Below are positions 58,348-64,000 of a stretch of DNA of 64,000 nucleotides, piece by piece. A program made the translations under genes and the position numbers. The stretch is from contig JASFQB010000002.1 in the NCBI GenBank assembly GCA_050115675.1, forward strand, positions 4,376-68,375, read 5' to 3'. Below the pieces are notes generated by a model. It searched no databases and was not told where the DNA came from. It worked only from the letters and a program-made list of their open reading frames with translations. This DNA is from Candidatus Woesebacteria bacterium (GTDB lineage Bacteria; Patescibacteriota; Saccharimonadia; Saccharimonadales; EFPC-124). The first letter of the stretch is position 1; every line of letters starts with the position of its first letter.

Positions 58348-58643
58348 ATCGATCCTCCTTATTATTTACTTTCTGAGCAAGTCGACCTTCCCGCTCACAG
58401 CCGGGGCAAGGGGTAAATTGGACACATCAATGTGGAGCTCCCCACGGAAGAACGACATTGAGGTGGGCGATTTACCCCTTATAATGAGGAGACAGTGGGA
58501 AGGTTAAATCGAAAGACATTCGTAGGCTATAAACCAAGGTTCGCAGATTTACAAGGTATTCATTCTTAGTTGCAGAAAAAATGGCAACAAGATACTTCAA
58601 TATTAAGCTTCTGCAGCTTAAGTTCTTATGCTACAATTTAGCT

Positions 58644-59393
58644 ATGGATATGAGTTTGAAGGGTAGTGCGAAGCTTGATTGTGGGCGCATATACAATATT
58701 GATTGCGTCAAAGGCATGAGAGAATTCTCTTTATTGAAAAGCGGCGTTGATCTAATAGTCGCTGACCCTCCTTATATTATCTCGCGTGGATCTAACTTCC
58801 ATACAATGAAGGACAGGAAAAATGCTCGAACCGGAACAGACTTTGGGAAATGGGATCAAGAATTTGAGAATGCCCCGTGGATAAAAGCCGCATTTGACAC
58901 CCTTAAAAAGGGTGGTTCGCTAATCGCTTTCAACGATTTCAAAAAAGTATCGGAAATCATTTCGATAGCAATTGAGATGGGGTTCGAATATAAAGATGTG
59001 CTAGTGTGGGAGAAGTCAAACCCGATGCCCAGGAACAGAGACCGGCGATATGTCCCGTCACTTGAAATGATGGTATGGTTCGTTAAACCTGGCGCTAAAT
59101 GGACATTCAACAGGCTTGTGGAGACATATCAGAGCCCCGTTTTAAAATTCGCATCAGAAAGCGGAGGCGGCTTTAAGAGAATCCATCCTACACAAAAACC
59201 CGTGAAGCTTATGGAGGCCCTTATTAATGTTCATAGTAATAAAAATGACGTAATACTCGACCCGTTTATGGGTTCGGGCGCGACCGCTATAGCTTCTATA
59301 AATACCGGTCGTGACTTTATAGGTTTTGAGCTAGACCCGCACTACTGCGAGCTAGCTAACGACAGAATACAAAAGCATCGATCAAACATGTAG
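58644..59393 (+). CDS. beta-class N6-adenine/N4-cytosine DNA methyltransferase (N6_N4_Mtase family)
   Basis: DLIVADPPYI comes before HPTQKPVKLMEALI and DPFMGSGATAIAS, which is the beta-class order. The ORF-track start at 58581 is also possible. Confidence 0.85.
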   Translation: MDMSLKGSAKLDCGRIYNIDCVKGMREFSLLKSGVDLIVADPPYIISRGSNFHTMKDRKNARTGTDFGKWDQEFENAPWIKAAFDTLKKGGSLIAFNDFKKVSEIISIAIEMGFEYKDVLVWEKSNPMPRNRDRRYVPSLEMMVWFVKPGAKWTFNRLVETYQSPVLKFASESGGGFKRIHPTQKPVKLMEALINVHSNKNDVILDPFMGSGATAIASINTGRDFIGFELDPHYCELANDRIQKHRSNM

Positions 59394-59401
59394 CGCTTAG
59401 T

Positions 59402-60253
59402 ATGATATACGCATGCCCATTCAATTACATTGGCGGCAAAAGCAAACTATTGCCGACCTTACTGCCTATGCTTTCTGGTAATGCAGACAGTGTATTTGTT
59501 GATTTGTTCGGCGGTGGTTTTAGCGTAGGGCTTAATGTAGAAAATAGAACCCTTATTTACAATGACATAAACGTAGATTTAACTAAGTTGATTCAGCTGA
59601 TTCAGGAAACTCCGTTCGACGTTTTTGAAGCAAATTTGCTCAAGTTGATACATCGATATGAACTTTCGAAAATCAATTCCCAAGGCTATCTGAACCTGAG
59701 ATCTGATTTTAATGACTCACGTGATTCATATTTATTCTGCCTGTTAATCTTCTACTCTTTTAATCACCAGATAAGATACAACGGAAATCATCAATTTAAC
59801 ACGCCCTTTGGCAAAAATAGAAGCTCCTATAACACTCGTACTCAGGAAAAATTGCGCATTTTTTCGGATATAATCCACACAAAACAAATTACCTTCTCGT
59901 CTAAGACATTTCAAGAAGTAGATATACCCAGTAATGCAATTGTTTATATCGACCCACCTTATCTAATCACGACTGGCAGCTACAACGATGGTGACAGAGG
60001 GGTTAGTCGCTGGAATGAGTCAAGCGAACGTGCATTATACGCATTTATTGACTCCTTAGACAAAAAAAGTATTCCGTTTGTGCTTTCAAATATGTTAAAA
60101 AAAGGCGATTATATCAATAGCCTATTGAGTGAGTGGAAAGAAGGCTATGAATGGTTTGAAGTCTCAACGCGATATAGGAACTATCAGCGCGAAGATTATC
60201 AAACGCAAGAAATTATTGTCACTAATATGTCAAACGAAGGACGAAATGATTAG
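59402..60253 (+). CDS. Dam-type (alpha-class, D12) N6-adenine DNA methyltransferase
   Basis: FNYIGGKSKLL, DLFGGGFSVGL and VYIDPPYL. Confidence 0.85.
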   Translation: MIYACPFNYIGGKSKLLPTLLPMLSGNADSVFVDLFGGGFSVGLNVENRTLIYNDINVDLTKLIQLIQETPFDVFEANLLKLIHRYELSKINSQGYLNLRSDFNDSRDSYLFCLLIFYSFNHQIRYNGNHQFNTPFGKNRSSYNTRTQEKLRIFSDIIHTKQITFSSKTFQEVDIPSNAIVYIDPPYLITTGSYNDGDRGVSRWNESSERALYAFIDSLDKKSIPFVLSNMLKKGDYINSLLSEWKEGYEWFEVSTRYRNYQREDYQTQEIIVTNMSNEGRND

Positions 60254-61922
60254 TATTGTTGACTATGTACAGAGCTATAAACATCGTGCTGCCGGCTGGG
60301 TTCAAGATGCGGCAAGCTTTGACAATCTTCACCGTTTTGTGTCTGCATTCTCTGATAAGTCGCCATATCGCAATGAGCTCACAGACAAGATCCAGCAACA
60401 TGTTGAGGCCAAACTAGCTGAGAGATTCCTCGACATTATCGAGCAAATGCCCATTAGCGTATCGTATATTGATATTGTTGGCTCATCTCCAGGTGGCAGC
60501 AGGAAGAAAAATACAGTCTGCAATGGAATAGGTCAAGCAGCGCTTAAGGGTCAAAAGCGTGAATACCAGGGAGATTGGCCAACGAATAACTTTTTACGCT
60601 GGGCTGAGTCACTGCAATTTTTAAAGTATTCACCTTCAGATGACACATATGCCATAACTGATATAGGCCAACAATATGTTGTCGCTTCCACGAGCGACCA
60701 AATTGACGTAATACGACAACAGCTCATTATGTATGCGCCGGCGGTAAGAGTACTTTCACTACTAAAAGATCGCGACGAATGCACAAAATTTTATCTAGGC
60801 GAGAAAATAGGATTCATCGGCGAGAAAGGCTTCACAAACATCTCTGAGAAACTCTTCATGGATGTATATTTTTCAACAAATTCTTTGATAGACAGAAGAA
60901 AGTTAAAGAGTGACTATGAGGGCTCTAGCGATAAGTACGCACGCCAGATTTGTAGCTGGTTAAATACAGTTGGGCTGGTCAATATAGTTAAAAAGAAAAT
61001 CTCCTGCAACGATGATGAACTTATATTACCCGCATACGCTATTAGTGCGCAAGGGAAAGAATTTTTGCGAAAGGCTAACATATCCAAGTGTCGTTTCGTG
61101 CCTTTTGGCATGCTCTCGATGGAAGAGTCTAATAAAGAGCATATTTGCAAGAGACGTGCGCTTATTCTAAAAGCCTTGTCTGGTGGCACCAATTTAATTG
61201 AAGAAATTGTAAAGTTTGAGGGCGAACAAGATGTCGAGGCTACCCCTTCTGAGATCGAAGATGACATTCTATCACTTCGCAACATGGGGATTAATATCAT
61301 TGGAAATAATCCCTATCAGCTTAAGGACAGCATCGACGGACTTTACATACCACGAATAGTTTCCCCTACAACGCTCTCTAAAGCGCTAAAGATAAAAGAG
61401 CAATTGCGCCGCGACCTAAGGCATATAGATCATAATCTACTTGTATTGATCGATTTTGCTTATGGTAGTTCTAAGACGGCCCGTCTTTTTGAGACATATG
61501 TTGCACGAGTGTACGAGCAAATTTGTTCGGATACCTTTCTATTAGGCGGAGCGAGTAAACCTGACGTCGTAACGTGCATGCCGAAAATGACGTTAATTGT
61601 TGACTCAAAAGCTTACAAAGATGGTTTCGCTATGCCTCAGGGCGAAAGAGACAAAATGGTCAGGTATATAGAAGAGTGCAAGCAGAAAAACAGTGCATGG
61701 TATAAAACTATAAAAGAGAAAATCAAAACTGACGTTGTGGGATTTCAGTTTGTCTCAAGTGAATTTAATAATGCAGCTCCAAAACTATCTGAAATATCCG
61801 GTAGGACTGGCGTGAATGGCTCCGCAATATCCGCAGAAAATCTACTCAGAATGGTTAATGGAGCGCTATCAGGGGAGGCTATAGACTACTCAAAGTTAAC
61901 CTCAAATCTAGAAGTTGCCTAG
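60246..61922 (+). CDS. type IIS restriction endonuclease with a FokI-like C-terminal cleavage domain
   Basis: The C-terminus LLGGASKPDVVTCMPKMTLIVDSKAYKDGFAMPQGERDKMVRYIEEC aligns by eye with the FokI catalytic region (LGGSRKPDGAIY...VIVDTKAYSGGYNLPIGQADEMQRYVEEN). The ATG at 60246 overlaps the methylase stop. Confidence 0.8.
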   Translation: MISIVDYVQSYKHRAAGWVQDAASFDNLHRFVSAFSDKSPYRNELTDKIQQHVEAKLAERFLDIIEQMPISVSYIDIVGSSPGGSRKKNTVCNGIGQAALKGQKREYQGDWPTNNFLRWAESLQFLKYSPSDDTYAITDIGQQYVVASTSDQIDVIRQQLIMYAPAVRVLSLLKDRDECTKFYLGEKIGFIGEKGFTNISEKLFMDVYFSTNSLIDRRKLKSDYEGSSDKYARQICSWLNTVGLVNIVKKKISCNDDELILPAYAISAQGKEFLRKANISKCRFVPFGMLSMEESNKEHICKRRALILKALSGGTNLIEEIVKFEGEQDVEATPSEIEDDILSLRNMGINIIGNNPYQLKDSIDGLYIPRIVSPTTLSKALKIKEQLRRDLRHIDHNLLVLIDFAYGSSKTARLFETYVARVYEQICSDTFLLGGASKPDVVTCMPKMTLIVDSKAYKDGFAMPQGERDKMVRYIEECKQKNSAWYKTIKEKIKTDVVGFQFVSSEFNNAAPKLSEISGRTGVNGSAISAENLLRMVNGALSGEAIDYSKLTSNLEVA

Positions 61923-61987
61923 GCGATTTAAGAAACTATCCCATTAAATCACCTTAAATTTAGTATTAATATCGTATACTCGTTTAT

Positions 61988-62305
61988 ATGATACGAGTAG
62001 TAATCGAAAGCCCCTTCGCGGGCGATATTAAGAAGAATATTGAGTATGCCCGCAAGTGCATGTCAGATTGTCTGAAGCGTGGCGAGGCTCCGTACGCAAG
62101 CCATCTTATATACACGCAAGAAGGTATCTTGAATGATAGTATCCCTGAGGAGCGAGCGTTGGGTATCGAAGCTGGCTTAGTTTGGGGCGAGTTGGCCGAA
62201 AAAGTTGTGGTATATCAAGATTTGGGGATTAGCGGTGGCATGCAGCTTGGTATCGACAAAGCTATAGCTCGCGGCACTACGGTTGAGTACAGAAATCTAT
62301 TCTGA
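61988..62305 (+). CDS. small mobile-element protein (possibly nucleoside 2-deoxyribosyltransferase-like / DUF4406-like)
   Basis: 105 aa. VVIESPFAG ... APYASHLIYTQ resembles that fold family, but the assignment is weak. Confidence 0.4.
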   Translation: MIRVVIESPFAGDIKKNIEYARKCMSDCLKRGEAPYASHLIYTQEGILNDSIPEERALGIEAGLVWGELAEKVVVYQDLGISGGMQLGIDKAIARGTTVEYRNLF

Positions 62306-62308
62306 CAA

Positions 62309-64000
62309 TTATACTCTACCGGTGTTTCTTGGCTTTCTAGCTACATTCGCTCTGCGACGGTAGGCAGTTTTTGGCTGCTCGCTTTGGGTTTGCTTAATTT
62401 CTGGTTTTAACTCCGGCGCAACATACTTTTTAGCATAGTTCTTGCGCGAAGCAGCTTTGGCGCGCTTGGCTGTTTCTACGCTGCCTTCGTCTTCCGGCAA
62501 AAGGGTGATGCCTGAAAACGGTTCATGCACTTTTTGCGCCGAGATGCGCATGTAAAAGTTGTAAGCTGGCAGGCTGGCTATTTCGCCGTTTTCTATGCGT
62601 GATTGGAATTGCGGCAACAACACCTTTTCGTCGTCTGGATTGCCGGTGCGGAAACAGATGATATTCCCGGCGTTGCCTAAGATTTGCCCTAGCACGTCCT
62701 TATCTTCTTGCTGGGCGGTTGTTTGCTCCGCCATTGTAAGTGATAGCTTGTACTTGCGGGCTTCGGCCAGCATTTCGGCAAATGACGGCGTGGCAAAGTT
62801 TTGGAATTCGTCAACATATAAGTAAAACGGCTTGCGCTCTGCTGGCCGGATTTTGCTGCGGCAGTACGTTGTAAGCTGAATCATAGTGAGCGTTGCAATG
62901 CCAAACAGCTCCGATGTATCTTCGCCAAGATCGCCCTTGGAGAAGTTACAGATCAGGATCTTGTCGGAGTTCATAATATCCTCAAAGTTGATGGTGGATT
63001 TGGGCTGCTCTAAAACTCGCTTGGCGGCCGCTGAGCGCTGGAACCGGCTGATTTTTGTCGTCACGCCGGCAGACATTTTAACGCGCTGCATTTCGCCCGC
63101 TTTGCCAAGTTCTTCGCGCCAAAAGTCTTTTAAATCTTCGTCCTGCAATTGCGCGATAACTTGCTTGCGAAATTCCACGTTGCGCAAAAGCTTGAGCGCC
63201 GTAAATAACGTGGCGTCCTCTACGGTGAACGCGGTGTGCACGGCGTTGCGCAAAACGTCTTCTATGCGGTGACCGCCTTCGCCTTCGGTGGAAAAGGTTT
63301 TACGGAACAGCGACACGATTGCTTCTGCCAAAAGGTCTCTGGCGCGTAAGGTGTCGTTTTCGCTCAAACCGGATGGCAGCTCCAGCAAGTTTAGCCCTAT
63401 CGGATAATCCAAATCGTCGGGGTTAAAGTAAACCACATCGTTTAAGCGTTCTTCCGGGATATGCTCCAAAAGCATTTCGGCCATGTCGCCGTGCGGGTCA
63501 ATTACGGCCACGCCTCGCCCGGCCTTGATGTCTTGCAAAATAGCGTATTGCAACAGCGTTGTTTTGCCGCAGCCGGTGGCACCAATAACAAACATGTGCC
63601 GCGCTCGTTCCTCTGTGGTCAGGCCTATGTAATTTTCTTCGCCGTGGTGTTGGTTGTAGCCAAGGATAACGTCGAACTCGCCGTTCTTGATCGTCAGCGG
63701 TGCAGGCAGCGTGCGGCTGCTGGATTTTACCATGTCTTCGGTTGTGATTTTGCCAAACGGGAAATGGTAAATGCTAGCCAGCTCCGACGCGGCAAAGATG
63801 CTTGAATTTGGATTGAACAGCGACGGTAAACGGCGCTCCAGCTTAAACCTTCGGAACTTATAACTTAAATCATTTAGCAGCGGCTTTGACTCGCCGAGCA
63901 ACTGAAACGGACTGTTGAGCGGCGCCAGCGAATCGCCGATGCCGTTATAAAGTTGATTGACGCGTTGCGGAGTTTCGGCCGCAACCGCAATGCGAATGTC
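62309..64000 (-). CDS. T4SS coupling-protein-like (TraD/VirD4/TraG-type) P-loop ATPase, 5' end beyond the window
   Basis: Walker A VIGATGCGKTT, Walker B FYLYVDEFQNF, basic C-tail. The reading frame stays open from 63901 to base 64000. Confidence 0.75.
   Translation of the reverse strand, partial: DIRIAVAAETPQRVNQLYNGIGDSLAPLNSPFQLLGESKPLLNDLSYKFRRFKLERRLPSLFNPNSSIFAASELASIYHFPFGKITTEDMVKSSSRTLPAPLTIKNGEFDVILGYNQHHGEENYIGLTTEERARHMFVIGATGCGKTTLLQYAILQDIKAGRGVAVIDPHGDMAEMLLEHIPEERLNDVVYFNPDDLDYPIGLNLLELPSGLSENDTLRARDLLAEAIVSLFRKTFSTEGEGGHRIEDVLRNAVHTAFTVEDATLFTALKLLRNVEFRKQVIAQLQDEDLKDFWREELGKAGEMQRVKMSAGVTTKISRFQRSAAAKRVLEQPKSTINFEDIMNSDKILICNFSKGDLGEDTSELFGIATLTMIQLTTYCRSKIRPAERKPFYLYVDEFQNFATPSFAEMLAEARKYKLSLTMAEQTTAQQEDKDVLGQILGNAGNIICFRTGNPDDEKVLLPQFQSRIENGEIASLPAYNFYMRISAQKVHEPFSGITLLPEDEGSVETAKRAKAASRKNYAKKYVAPELKPEIKQTQSEQPKTAYRRRANVARKPRNTGRV

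Overview
The window looks like a compact, gene-dense bacterial chromosome segment. A CPR/Patescibacteria (Saccharibacteria-like) origin is an inference only. It rests on the many small membrane and hypothetical ORFs, tight gene packing, pilin-like surface genes, secreted cell-wall hydrolases and actinobacterial-type accessory genes. Bases 1-31 kb are mostly core housekeeping: ruvX, mltG, obg, sbcB, uvrA, eno, rplY/ctc, an ABC exporter, pspA, uvrC, an M24 aminopeptidase, secG and a family-5 solute-binding protein. Two unusual surface loci interrupt this core. One is a secreted CHAP amidase fused to a 7-repeat propeller-like domain (13.3-14.9 kb). The other is a head-to-tail array of four plus one truncated pilin-like genes with near-identical 5' modules and divergent bodies (15.1-17.6 kb). 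Bases 31.2-40 kb are a decaying accessory segment bracketed by two nearly identical tRNA-Leu genes. It holds an IS1249/IS256-type IS with 25-bp inverted repeats, a frameshifted SPFH gene, a kinase remnant and P-loop kinases. Bases 40-48 kb carry a WhiB-like regulator, an NhaD-type antiporter, a type IIIA-like P-type ATPase and an overlapping VTC / DUF4956 / Cthe_2159-like operon. Bases 48.2-53.75 kb form an island abutting the 3' end of tRNA-Phe. It contains a DUF3800 pseudogene, a ParB-like protein coupled to a Dam methylase interrupted at an A8 tract, gene remnants and a GHKL-ATPase + STAS-like (DUF4325) pair. After tRNA-Val and tRNA-Gly, bases 54.65 to beyond 64 kb are an integrative element. 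It carries a large serine recombinase whose 3' end is antisense to tRNA-Gly, a replication-relaxation protein, DUF3768, a complete type IIS R-M system (two methylases plus a FokI-like nuclease) and a T4SS coupling-protein-like ATPase truncated by the window edge. I found no rRNA genes and no CRISPR array. All calls come from reading the sequence and ORF translations; no database search was run.
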